A DNA stretch of 64,000 bases from Octopus vulgaris (GCA_951406725.2 OX597817.1:135718001-135782000), one strand, 5' to 3'. Positions 11,556-23,310 are shown, numbered from the stretch's first letter. The notes: generated from the letters alone by a model not told the origin. Program-made: numbers and translations.

Positions 11556-12020
11556 CCCAACCAAATTGATCTGGTATCGATTTTCAACAGGTATGTGAAA
11601 CGAGGTAATATGAAGAATTCCATTTAGAGCCAACCAACCACCATCAGTGGATTTCACAATATGTACGGTCAGCTGTTTTCTGTCTCCGTACCTTAACCAG
11701 TTGTCCATCATGGTTCTCTTCTTATATTCTAATTTATGATAATATATACTGAAACCGAAGTCGTGTAGATTATTAGTTCTAAATATCTGTTATGAGGTTA
11801 TTTTTTCAGGTTATTTCTCCAGATTTTCCACAGAAATCAGCGCCACCTCTGGATTTACGATGCGTTTCGAGTTTGAAAACATTCTGCATATAAAACAAAC
11901 TTGGAACAATTCCTTTAGTTTTTGTGACTAACATTATTATTACTAATAAGTACATGACCTAAAACGTTTTATTCCTGCCTTCCTTTTACTGCTTCCGAAT
12001 ATAGTAAAAAGAAGTTTCTG

Positions 12021-12062
12021 CTTTACTGATGAAGTCAGAATAAAAGCGAAACATGTTTGAGG
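12021..12062 (+). ncRNA. Degenerate type-I minimal hammerhead
   Basis: CTTTA CTGATGA A GT..GC GAAA CATG TT TGAGG; intact core, palindromic stem III, weak stem II. Confidence 0.5.
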
Positions 12063-12083
12063 TTTCTCCTATACTTGCCAGAA

Positions 12084-12742
12084 CAACTTTCTCAGGCAGT
12101 TCATGTGGAAGCGGTTTAGCTTTTTGTCGCAGGGTTCGTAAACCGTTCAAGTTTCGTAGGCCTTCAGCAGCGCAAGCAGTACAACTGGTTGCTACATTTT
12201 CAAATTGGTCGCCTGCCTAATACCCCTCTTCTCCCACACCGATACACGTAGTTGCTCGAATGCTGAGCTTCCCTTGGCGATGCGTGCGTCGATTCCATCG
12301 TCCATGTTCACAAATCTGGGAAGGGTGCTGCCGAGTTATGTAAACTTATCAACAACGTTCAGGGTTTCGCCTTCGACATTTATAGTTGGTTCCTCATACG
12401 GCTTCTGCGGAGCAAGTTGGTTCACGGCTTCTGTCTTCTGAGTGCTGATTGTGAGGCCAAAATTGTTGAAGGCAGTGGAAAAGCAGCTCATGCTCTGCTG
12501 CATCGGCGCCTCAGAGGTGTCACCTCCTACGAATAGAACAGGATTGCAGGAGTTCAAAGAAAACGAACTGCGCATGTGCAGAGCCAACACCTTGCCTTTA
12601 ACCCCAGCGGACCAGTGCCCGACCTGCGGCAGAGTCTTTCGAGCACACATTGGACTCGTCGGCTACAGCCGGACACACCGTGCCCCAGCTTCTCTCATGT
12701 GATGTCTTTGGTCATCATCGATAACGACGGATGAACTAATAA
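12084..12742. mobile_element. RTE(BovB-like) LINE insertion with 5' inversion and about 14-bp TSD
   Basis: Minus-strand 12084-12519 FGLTISTQKTE...LNVVDKFT...LNRFHMNCLRK; plus-strand 12520-12742 CPTCGRVFRAHIGLVGYSRTH plus 3' UTR; flanks tatacttgccagaa / taaacttgtcagaa. Confidence 0.85.
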
Positions 12743-14076
12743 TAAACTTGTCAGAATTATCAGAAGATAATGTTAGCTATTGAATTAGGGTTGTTTTTGA
12801 TGTTCTTTACCGTTTATTTAGTCTGCCAAGGAGGAGTAGACATCTAAGCACTCACTCTTCTAGTGTCTCTCAGACACGTATCCTTAAACATGGTCTGAAC
12901 GCTTACAGCAGAGTGAATCCTGCAAAACGGACCTGGTTAGTGAAGTTAAAAACTGGGTGGTGGATGAACCAAGACCTCAGAGTTAGAATAAATCGTGCAA
13001 GGCCTTTCAGGTGCCTTATCGCATCCGCAATCCATCGCCCTCAACTCCTACTTCCTTGTATCGATCGCGCAAGGATGGAAAACAAAGTTCACTCCAGCGA
13101 GATTTCAATTCAGAGCACAGGTAATCCGAACGAATACTTCAGGATATTTCGTGCTCGGCTCTGTTGATTTCCGGAAAGAAATCTACAAAATCACATTCAT
13201 TTGTATCAATTGTCGTTCTGTAGAGTTCTTCTGCTCCATTTTGTGTTTTTTAACTTGTTGAGTCTGGAGGAAGGAACAGAAGCCATAGATGACCCAAACA
13301 GTATTCAGTTTTTCTCTTTCTGACGTAGAAGATTATAATCAACATTGTGTTTAGCCATATCTCCTCATCCATAGAATAGAAGCTACAAATCTGATTTCTC
13401 GGCAATAATTTAGTCATAGTGCAGTCACGTAATCACTGTTCCGCTACTAAAAATGAACGGTTCATGTAAAGAAGTCGTAGTCGACATTTATGTAAACAAC
13501 TATTGTCTAGTTTTATTTTGTTCATATTTTAAATATCTTCCCGTTACAGTATCTCTCTACCTTGGGAGGGAAAGATGAGACAAAAGCAACGAAATGCGTT
13601 AGTTCTATGTTAGTCTTAAGCTGGCGCTGGCGAAAAGCCATCGTGGGTCTTAATTTCAAAGTAAAACTAAACATTTATGGATATAGAAATTAGTATTCTA
13701 GTAACTTTCGTAAGTGGCGGAAACAGTTCGAGAGAGAGTGTCATTCGCATTATGAGAGAAAACTCTTAATGCAGTTATGCAAGAGTTATCTCCCTTGAGT
13801 TATAAAATTATTGCTAAATGTTTATACGGAATTATATGCAGAGAATTATACGCAGAGAAGCGCCAGCGAGATTGCACAAATATTAATTTATATTACACAC
13901 GCGTGCGCGTGCTTATATTATGTATGAACATAAACTTAATATATCTGCAATGGATCGGCGTCCCGTGCAGGCGGGGAGCCTATATGCCAATGAAACCGGG
14001 AAACCGGCCCTCATGGGCCAGGCTTGGCTAGAGAAGGAACAAATAACAAACATACATACATACATACATACATACA

Positions 14077-14149
<73 letters not shown>

Positions 14150-14150
<1 letters not shown>

Positions 14151-14451
14151 AAATACAAAAATGGGACAACAACGCAAAACATCCAGGGACAACAAAATAT
14201 CCAGACAGACGATACAAGGAAAACAAGGACGGATCATTCGGAGTTTTCGATCCTCAGTCGAGTTCCAGATTATCTTTGCAATTTCGGCTGGTTATATTCG
14301 AGATTGCTCCAGTATGGCCTGCCCCAAGGAGAAAATAAGCTAAGAGCATTACATTCCTTGGAAGAAAGCAGCGGATGTATGCGAAAACAAGGACGGAAAA
14401 AACCCCCCAGACAAATGTTACACAAATACAAATAACAGGACATAACAACAG

Positions 14452-14460
<9 letters not shown>
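14150..14460 (-). mobile_element. Unclassified microsatellite-embedded element, family G
   Basis: Reverse-complement relative of 37040-37390 (shared taatgctcttagctta, cgaatga.ccgtc). Confidence 0.6.
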
Positions 14461-14499
<39 letters not shown>

Positions 14500-14549
14500 A
14501 AAATAAGTCAAGGTAGAAAATGCTAAAATAATTTTATGAAAAACATTTT

Positions 14550-14583
14550 AGTACCAATTCCGGTCGTTGAGACTTTTTCAACT
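14550..14583 (-). ncRNA. Degenerate hammerhead-like motif with U3-A8 core
   Basis: Minus strand AG TTGAAAA AGTC-tcaac-GACC GGAA TTGG TA CT; spacing fits but several substitutions. Confidence 0.35.
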
Positions 14584-15007
14584 TTTTCTAAGTATGGAAA
14601 ACAATTAAATTGTGGAAAAATTATATGAAAAGTAAAAAAAAAAAAAAAAAATTTACATAGTATTCAAATACAAGGGGCATTTTCCTTGTTTCTGCCTGTC
14701 TCTCCCTCTTTCCCTCTCTCTTTTTTACGCTTGTGGGTACGAGGTAGTTGTGAATTCTTGTCTTTGATTGTTTGAGCAGCAATAGTAGTAAAGGAAGGGA
14801 GTGGCAGAAGAAGAAGAAGAAGAAGAAGAAGAAGAAGAAGAAGAAGAAGAAGAAAGAATAATAAAAGAATGCGGGAGTGGTATGTTAGTAGTAGGATGTT
14901 AAATGGTCAAATGCCCTGAAAGTGACTCGTTGTGGATGATAGTAGTGATTGGGACTGTTTTAAATGAATTCTTGAGGTATCTCTTTTGAATGTATCGTTT
15001 TTATAAA

Positions 15008-15168
15008 TAGGCGCATAGTGGCTGTGTGGTAAGTAACTTGCTTACCAGCCACATGCTTCCGGGTTCAGTCCCACTGCGTGGTACCATGGGCAAGTGTCTT
15101 CTACTATAGCCTCAATCCGACTAAAGCCTTGTGAGTAGATTTGGTAGACGGAAACTGAAAGAATCCCG

Positions 15169-15262
<94 letters not shown>

Positions 15263-15491
15263 CTTTACTACCCACAAGGGACTAAACACAGAGGGGACAA
15301 ACAAGGACAGACAAATGGGTTAAGCCGATAATATCGACCCCATTGCGTAACTGGTACTTATTTAATCGACCCCGAAAGGATGAAAGGTAAAGTCGACCTC
15401 GGCGGAATTTGAACTCAGAACGTAGCGACAGACGAAAGACTGCTAAGCATTTAGCCCGGTACGCTCATGTTTCTGCTAGCTCGCCGCACAA

Positions 15492-15563
<72 letters not shown>

Positions 15564-15815
15564 ATACATACATACACACACAAACACATATATATATGTG
15601 TGTGTGTGTGTGTATTTGTGTGTTTGTGTTTGTCCACCCACCATCGTTGTTGGTGTCTTTACGTCCCGGAACTTGGCAGTTCGGCAAAATAGACCGATAA
15701 AATATGTACTAGGCTTACAAAGAATAAGTCCAGTGGTCGATTTATTCGACTAAAATTGGTGCTCCATCATGGCTGCAGTCAAATGACTCAAACAAGTAAA
15801 AGACTAAAAGAATAT
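15008..15815 (+). mobile_element. SINE family B interrupted by (TA)n, a minus-strand SINE A (15258-15487) and (CA)n
   Basis: Head 15008-15170, tail 15600-15815, nested family A copy between them. Confidence 0.85.
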
Positions 15816-15859
15816 ATACACTCTTAATAATTCTTTTATTTCTTCATAAGACTGCAGTC

Positions 15860-16720
15860 TATGCTTTAATGGAGTCTGTCTATGAACAGTACGCTGCTTC
15901 TTGTGCGCCTAATTTACGACAAAGGAAATAAAGTACTTGTAAAAAGTGTACAATTTCGGCCCCGTACTACTTTGGATAACTCCTAGAAATCCCTGGCTTG
16001 GCATTGCTATCGAGGAATACTGCCAGTTCAAGATAAGCACTATAGGCATAGGAGCACAGTCAGGCTGAGCGACGAAACCATTCTGCACACACTCATGCAG
16101 TGTCCGAATATTGCTGACTTGTGGAGCCGCAGTCATCGCGAGTAGGACGAATCCGAGTATGGGCCAAACCCATCGTGGGGATCACCTCACTACCCACCTT
16201 TAACAAGGCAGGGCAGACTGTGTTCCTCGGTCAAGTGGCGAAAGAGGCTATGTCGTGGACGAGGCTGAAAGGATTGAGAAAAGAGACACCTTTCTCTTCA
16301 GCCAAGCTCTCATCGACCTTTTTTATGTTCCACTTGGAAAGGAATGTGAGGATGGAGAGGGAAGTGCTGCCTCTCAGTGAATTTGCGAAGAGATGAGTGA
16401 CTGTAGCAAAAATGGTTCGGGTGAGTGACCCTACCCTAAGTATGCGCCTGTAGAGTGGAAAGCAGGAGAGAGGGCTCGTACCTTGGTGGTCAGGGTAATC
16501 CTGGAATTGTGGGGTTCCATGATTGGCCTTAGTTGGAATTTCTCCTGTATCAGGAAGCCAGCATCATTGATGCTGTCACACAATCTGCACACTATGGATA
16601 CCTTTATCGCATTTCAGAGCCTTTTCCGTTTCTTTCTCGCCACTTCCTTTATGTAAATCCTCACACAAATTGCTGTCTGTCCATGTGATGCCCCCCTCAC
16701 CTATGCCCCTGAGGCTAATA
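15860..16720 (+). pseudogene. L1/Tx1-clade LINE ORF2 C-terminus and 3' UTR relic
   Basis: WHCYRGILPVQDK and ETILHTLMQCPNIADLW (second half of CCHC knuckle); ends ctaataaaa. Confidence 0.7.
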
Positions 16721-16900
16721 AAATGCTTAGCGGCATTTGGTCCATCCTTACGCTCAGAGTTCAAATTCAGCCGAGGTTGACTTTGCCCTTCATCCCTTCG
16801 GGGTCGATGAAATTAGTACTAGTTATGCACTGGGGTCGATGCAATCGACTAGCTCCCCCACCCCCAGGCCTTGTGCCTTCAGTAGAAAGGATTGTTATTA
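16720..16900 (+). mobile_element. SINE family A, 5'-truncated
   Basis: aaatgcttagcggc...gagttcaaatt...ttcggggtcgat...ttgtgcct. Confidence 0.85.
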
Positions 16901-17269
16901 TTATTTGTTTGGTGCTACTCAAAGTTATATCCTTTTCCGATCTGTTACTAGGCCACAGACTCAACTCCAGTTTCTGGACAGTTGACAGAAGAGTCAGGGT
17001 TGCTGTTCAAATACGTCAGACAAATGGACGGACAGACGGACCGACAATATTTCAATGTCAGTCAGTCGTTGGTAAGTTCCTCATATCAGTTTAGTTTCAA
17101 AGTAATTGTTCTAATAAATAAACCTGCTGTAGATTGGAGCTTAGGATCGGTGAGTTTCTGAATTTCATCTTTATTTAATGCAAATTAACGTCGAGAATTT
17201 AGTTTTATGTTTAGGACAGAGTTGCATTTCATTTTTAATTATTGTCTTTCTTTCAGTTTGAAATTTCAA

Positions 17270-17605
17270 ATTAAATTTCAAATTCCGCCGAGGTCGACTT
17301 TGCTTTTCATCCTTTCGGGGTCGATGAAATAAGTACCAGTTACGCACTGGGGTCGATATAATCGACTTAATCCGTTTGTCTGTCCTTGTTTGTTCCCTCT
17401 GTGTTTAGCCCCTTGTGGGTAGTAAAGAAATAGGTATTTCGTCTGTCTTTACGTTCTGGGTTCAAATTCCGCCGAGGTCGACTTTGCCTTTCATCCTTTC
17501 GGGGTCGATAAACTAAGTATCAGTTATGCACTGGGATCGATGTAATCGACTCTCCCCCTCCCCCCAATTTCAGGCCTTGTGCCTATTGTAGAACGGATTA
17601 TTAGT
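17270..17605 (+). mobile_element. SINE family A dimer
   Basis: Two cores joined at aaagaaata|ggtatttcgtctg. Confidence 0.9.
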
Positions 17606-19169
17606 GATGCTTCTTGAGCGGGGGGGGGGGGTCATTAGATGTTCCCAGTCTTTCAACAACCACACATCTTCACTCACAGGATCCAACAGGGGTTGATTAA
17701 GTCCCAGTTTGTGTCTCGTTATCAGTAACCCCGGAAGCCCCTTTTAGGGATCACACTCCCTGATTCACAGCCACCTTTGAGGCAAGAACAGCGATGAAGT
17801 TCAATGCCATGAAATTCGATAAATTCAAAATTGTATTCGATTAAAGAAAGAATAAAAATCAATTGAAATTCGAAGTTTCAATTGAAAACAAATGGAAAAC
17901 AAAGTTTTTTTTATCAAATTTTGATTAAAGTTATTGATTTCAGTTTATAATAATTAAAATTCAGTTTGATTGAATTGGAACTCTAAATAAATAAAAAAAA
18001 AACAACTGCTCCCCGCCATCCTTCCCTAAAACTAAAATCACAATGCTTGTATTCTAAATCAAACAAACCTTTAAATGACAGAATTTCCTTGAAAAGACAA
18101 AAAAAGTCAGAAATGTTTTGCTAAACAAACACAAAGAAGGAATTTGAACAAAAATCGTAATTCTATGCCTTATTTACACAGTTACATAGTTTGGAATTAT
18201 ATCATGCCATTTATGCACTTTGTAATAAATGCATCCCCCCCACACACACATACGCACATTGTGTGTGTGTGTGTGTGTGTGTTTATTACAAAATAGTATT
18301 TAAATGGCATGTTATAATCCTAGAATGTAACTATGCAAACGAAGTGTAGAATTTTCTGGTCTCTCGGGATGATATTGTGAACGCCGTCAATTTTCATCAT
18401 TCGGACATATTTTAATGTATAAAGCCTGCAATATTGATATAAATTGTTTCATTTTTACGCCGTTTTCCTGCATCAAGATGTTTTGAGGTTAGTTTATTAT
18501 TTTTTTGTCACTTAATTTTCATTGTCCCAGAATCAGAAAGGCGGCATAGTTTCATCAACCCCACTGTGGTCCGGGTTGGGTTGCTATATATTCCTGCGAC
18601 AATCCTTTCGGCGTCGACGAAATAAGGACCAGTTAAGCATCGGGAACGGACTCTCTCCACCAAAATTTCCGGCTTATAGTAGGAAAATCATTATTAGTAG
18701 TATTATTACCATTATCCTTTTTTTCTTCGGTAGTGTTCCTGAGGCATGCGCAGTATTGTGAAATAATTAATGTTCTCTTAAAGTTTCTAAATTCTTATGA
18801 GACCACCGACATCCAGTTCCCGTTGGTTGAAACAAAGTTTCTAAAATGCAGAGGGAAATTCGAAAGAGTCCTTTGTTCCAATGGTAGAACATCTCTCATG
18901 TTTACGGACAGCCATCAACTCTTTCTATCCAAAGTTTTATTTTTTCTACCCAATCTTTACGCGCTGTTATTTATAGCTTTCTCTACTTCGAGATCCGCTA
19001 CTTCAAAAAATAATTATATTCGTGTTTGTTGTGTTGTGTGTGGTGTGTGCAATGTAGGGCGTATTATTTCATTGAACCTTAATCTATTATTCTATTATTC
19101 TATTATTCGTGTGCTTATTATGTCGGGTGTGTGTTGTGTGTGAAGATCTTGTCTATTCTGTTGATTCGG

Positions 19170-19560
19170 AAGTTATTCTATTGAATTGGTAATACCTTGA
19201 GCAACATGTGGATCGTTCCTCGCTATTCCAGGGACAGTGTGTAGTGTTGTGATCCCTGGTATGACTTCTGTTTCTTTCCATAGTTTTAAAATCATGCCTA
19301 ATGATTTAATTATGAGTGGTGTTCTTTTCGCCCTCATGTCTCACATATTACAATTTCAAGGTCCTTAGACCCTTATAGTTTCCCTATCTTCACTCGGGAA
19401 ATATTTTTACCGAATATTTGAACTATTCTTGATTTTTACCTTGGCTTGCTTCTTCTCTACCGATTTTGTAGAGTATTGGCCGTGGAGTGTTTTTTTTTTC
19501 TCTTCATTTCTCCTTGAGCATGATTTTGTAATTTTGTTTTCAATGTGTTTATTCGGATGT
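19170..19560 (-). pseudogene. Highly decayed R4/Dong-type LINE C-terminal relic
   Basis: KKKTLHGQY and KDLEI motifs on the minus strand. Confidence 0.5.
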
Positions 19561-19609
19561 GGGGTTTCCTTGTGGTACTCCCAGTGTAGGGTACTAGTAC
19601 AGTAGTATA

Positions 19610-19830
19610 GCAGTATACGAGGTAGTCTGCAATAAATGTGAAGCATCTTACTTAAGGAGCACCGCAAGAAAACTACACCTCCGTATAAGGGAGCATATAT
19701 AGGCAGGCACTTCGATAAAGAAACGCATTGGGAAGTGCCAAACCCGGAATTTCAAGGTTTCTATCAAGGTAACTCAACGCAACAGAGGCAATCGCAGAAG
19801 TACGGGATCCCCCCTTAAAAACAAACTGAA
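19610..19830 (+). pseudogene. Penelope-like GIY-YIG endonuclease relic
   Basis: AVYEVVCNKCEASY (19610-19651; VY.I.C..C...Y), then LKEHRK and EAIAEVRDPPL in shifted frames. Confidence 0.7.
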
Positions 19831-19872
19831 ACCAGCCATTAATAACAGGAAAGAACTACATGAAGTAGACTG

Positions 19873-19886
19873 GTTGCTATAGCAAC
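19873..19886. promoter_or_regulatory. Perfect RFX X-box-like palindrome GTTGCTATAGCAAC
   Basis: Matches GTHNYY-AT-RRNAAC; motif match only, function unknown. Confidence 0.3.
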
Positions 19887-19981
19887 AACAGTCCGCGCAT
19901 TTCACCTTCCCCTTTCCATTCCCTGTCCCTCCTCGTCACACATCTGAGCAACAAACTTTTTCCAACCACTGCTTTTCCAAA

Positions 19982-20021
19982 TGTCCTGAAGAATGGGTTT
20001 TCACCCCGAAATATAGAAACA
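19982..20021 (+). ncRNA. Degenerate minimal hammerhead downstream of the PLE endonuclease relic
   Basis: TGTC CTGAAGA A TGGGT-tttc-ACCCC GAAA TATA GA AACA; U16.1 is mutated. Confidence 0.55.
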
Positions 20022-20284
20022 CAAGATAAAACCGCAACTTTTTTCTGCAACTTTCCATTTTGTAGTTTGCGTTGTACCTTCTCGCATTGCTCCGGCTTTA
20101 CAGAACTACATACATACATACATACATACATACATACATACATACATACATACATACATACATACATACGTCCTGTGCACATATATGCATGTGTATATAC
20201 ATATATATGTAAGCATGTACATATATGTATGTATATATGCATATATATTTATATATCTATTTATATTATTATATGATTGCTTGT

Positions 20285-20590
20285 TTCTTCTTTTTCGAGA
20301 TCAGCGATGGTTTGTCACTGAAAAAAGCATATCGTATTTTGCGTTTGGAATCACTTCTCATCCCTAGCTGGTGATTGTCTCACGCTGATGACGGGTTACT
20401 ACTCAGAAACCCGGGTCCGTGTGTAATCATGTCAGGCTAGGGATGGGAACGATGATTTCCTTTCGCAAATACTGATCGGGCACAGACAGTGTGTTGTTAG
20501 CCAGCTGAAGGAGAGATCTTCCTGGGGCTATAAACTACAGTAGTATCAACGCTTAAGGGTTAGCCACATTTAGGTGGCAAATATACTTCA
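20285..20590 (+). mobile_element. Non-coding rod-shaped element carrying a hammerhead, flanked by TA-rich repeats
   Basis: Long imperfect hairpin ttctcatccctagc...gtgattg / taatcat...gctagggatgggaa and tttgcg / cgcaaa, capped by the HHR. Confidence 0.7.
20381..20421 (+). ncRNA. Type-I hammerhead ribozyme, canonical core, GUC site (cleavage after 20417)
   Basis: CACG CTGATGA CGGGT-tact-ACTCA GAAA CCCGGG TC CGTG. Confidence 0.85.
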
Positions 20591-20617
20591 GGATATACAT
20601 ATATATATATCAATATT

Positions 20618-20845
20618 AAGGCAGTGAGCTGGCAGAAACGTTAGCACGCCGGGCGAAATGCTTATCAGTATTTCCTCTGTCTTTACGTTCTGAGTTCAAA
20701 TTCCGCCGAGGTCGATTTTGCCTTTCATCCGTTCGGGTTCAATAAATTAAGTACCAGTTGCGAACTGGGGTCGATCTAGTGGACTGCCCCCCCCCCCCCA
20801 CATCCTCCAAAAGCATCGGGCGTTGTGCCAAGAGTAGAACAGAAT
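20618..20845 (+). mobile_element. SINE family A monomer
   Basis: Full head, core and ttgtgcc tail. Confidence 0.9.
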
Positions 20846-20851
20846 ATATAC

Positions 20852-20910
<59 letters not shown>

Positions 20911-20916
<6 letters not shown>

Positions 20917-21292
20917 TTAGAGAGACAAAACCACTATTATGCAAATCAAACAAAGAAAGACTTAAGCCAATACATAAAATAATTTATATAAATTTTGAAA
21001 TTTAACAATTATAAATAACCACTACGATCGCCAAGAAGGTTTTGAAACCACCTGAAGAACGTCTCAAAGATGTGCTGAAATAAGACATGAAACGATCGTA
21101 GTGGTTATTTATAATTGCTAAATTTCTAAATTTATATAAATTATTTTATGTATTGGCTTAAGTCTTTCTTTGTTTGTTTTGCATAATAGTGGTTTTGTCT
21201 CTAATTTAATATAATATAATATTTTACTATAAAATTGGATTCAATCCTAAATCTGATTTTTCCCTGTAAATTTGGATTTATTCCCTAATATT

Positions 21293-21295
<3 letters not shown>
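20911..21295 (+). mobile_element. Fold-back element in (TA)n: arms 20911-21030 / 21093-21210, one-sided tail
   Basis: Arms are near-perfect reverse complements; tail ttccctgtaaatttgga...ttccctaatat resembles that at 56910-56945. Confidence 0.9.
21046..21106 (+). ncRNA. Type-I minimal hammerhead, GUA site
   Basis: AACCAC CTGAAGA ACGTCT...AGACAT GAAA CGATCG TA GTGGTT; one mismatch in stem II. Confidence 0.8.
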
Positions 21296-21342
<47 letters not shown>

Positions 21343-21471
21343 ACTAAGTCCCAGTATATGGATTCAACTAATCCGGTGCTACTCATAAAAAAAAGCTCCT
21401 TAATGTATCACTCTGAATACATAGAATATATTGCACGACACACAAAGAAAACATCAAGGAATTATACACTA

Positions 21472-21519
<48 letters not shown>

Positions 21520-21556
21520 TATATATATATATATGCAGATATATATATATACATAC

Positions 21557-21683
<127 letters not shown>

Positions 21684-21699
21684 CATATATATGCATGTG

Positions 21700-21895
21700 T
21701 GTTTCTTAGTTTGTCCTCCACCACCGCTTGACAACCGGTGTTGGTGTGTTTACGCCAGTAACCTAGCGGTTCGGCAAAAGAAATCGATGGAATAAGTAGC
21801 AGGTTTAAGAAATAAGCACTGGGGTCGACTAAAAATCCTTCAAGACGCAATGCTCCAGTATGGTCGCAGTCAAATGACTGAAACAAGTAAAAGCT
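21700..21895 (+). mobile_element. SINE family B, 3' part
   Basis: cgcttgacaacc...tagcggttcggcaaaag...aaatgactgaaacaagtaaaag. Confidence 0.85.
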
Positions 21896-22374
21896 AAACG
21901 GCAAACAATTCCTCATAATATTCTTCATCATTTCTTTTAATATTCTTTACCAAAATTCCAAATTCTTTATTTTGCATTTTCTTCCATTTGTTTATCTTTT
22001 TTTATTCTTCTTCATAATTCCATTTGATATTATCTGTACAGTCCTGCCCCGCCCCTATTATTACAATTGCCACCACCCACTCGTAACTTACCATTAAATT
22101 TCCGACCATTCCTCTATTTCAGTATTCCTGCTGCTAAAATTTCCTTTCCCCGCCTTTTTTTTTCTTTTCCATTTTTATCCCTTCTATTCCTTTATAAATG
22201 TTATTTCATTTCTTTATATTCCTTCGACTATTTCCTCTTTTAGATCCACACCCACCAACCATAATTCCACTCTCTGCGACTGGTGCCAACTTCACTCATC
22301 TACGCACTAACCACTTTTCCATTGAATTCTTTTACTATTCCGAAACCTGCCCACACTACATCATTTCCCCATAT

Positions 22375-22980
22375 TCTTTTCTACTCTAGGCCTGAAATTT
22401 TTGGGGAGGGGGGGCAGTCGATTAGATCGACCCCAGTACGCAACTGGCACTTAATTTATCGACCCCGAAACGATGAAAGTAAAGTTCACCTCGGCGGAAC
22501 ACTGAACGTAAAGACCGACGAAATATCGCTAAGCATTTCGCCCGGCGTGCTAACGTTTCTTATCTCGTTATTGCCCACAAGGGGCTAAACATAGAGGGGA
22601 CAAACAAGGACAGACAAACGGATTAAGTCGATTACATCGATTCCAGTGCGTAACTGGTACTTATTTAATCGACCCCGAAAGGATGAAAGGCAATGTTAAC
22701 CTCGACGGAATTTGAACTCAGAGCGTAACGGCAGACGAAATACCTATTTCTTTACTACCCACAAGGGGCTAAACACAGAGAGGACAAACAAGGACAGACA
22801 AACGGATTAAGTTGATTATATCGACCCCAGTGCGTAACTGGTACCTATTTAATCGACCCCGAAAGGATGAAAGGCAAAGTGGACCTCGGCGGAATTTGAA
22901 CTCAGAACCTAACGGCAGACGAAATACGGCTACCCATTTCGCTCGACGTGCTAACGTTTCTACCAGCCCGCCGCCTTATC
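22375..22980 (-). mobile_element. SINE family A trimer
   Basis: Three tcgaccccgaaa(g/c)gatgaaag cores in tandem. Confidence 0.9.
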
Positions 22981-23181
22981 ATTTCCCTATATTAAAACAC
23001 TCCCCACTTCGTCCTCCCTGCCCCTCCAATCCTGCCCTTCTTCCTCCTTTTCTTCTTTTTTCTTCTCTTTTTCTTTTTTAGGCTTCTTCCCCCCCCCCCC
23101 CCAATATTTATTACATTTTCCTTCGCAACAGGAATTCTATACATATATTTGCGCAAATTCCATCAGTTCTTCAGTCATAAC

Positions 23182-23310
23182 TTTCCTGAAGACTTTGTGC
23201 ACCTAGAGGCGAAACTCAATGTAGCAAAAAAAACAAACAAACAAAAAAACTGGCTCGACTCAAATAAAATATATAATTACTCTCTACTATGGTATTGAGT
23301 ACTTCTTTTT
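23182..23310 (+). mobile_element. Old relative of HHR family H (degenerate HHR plus tail)
   Basis: CTGAAGA...GAAACTCAATGTA followed by attactctctactatggtattgagtact, similar to the family H tail. Confidence 0.5.
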
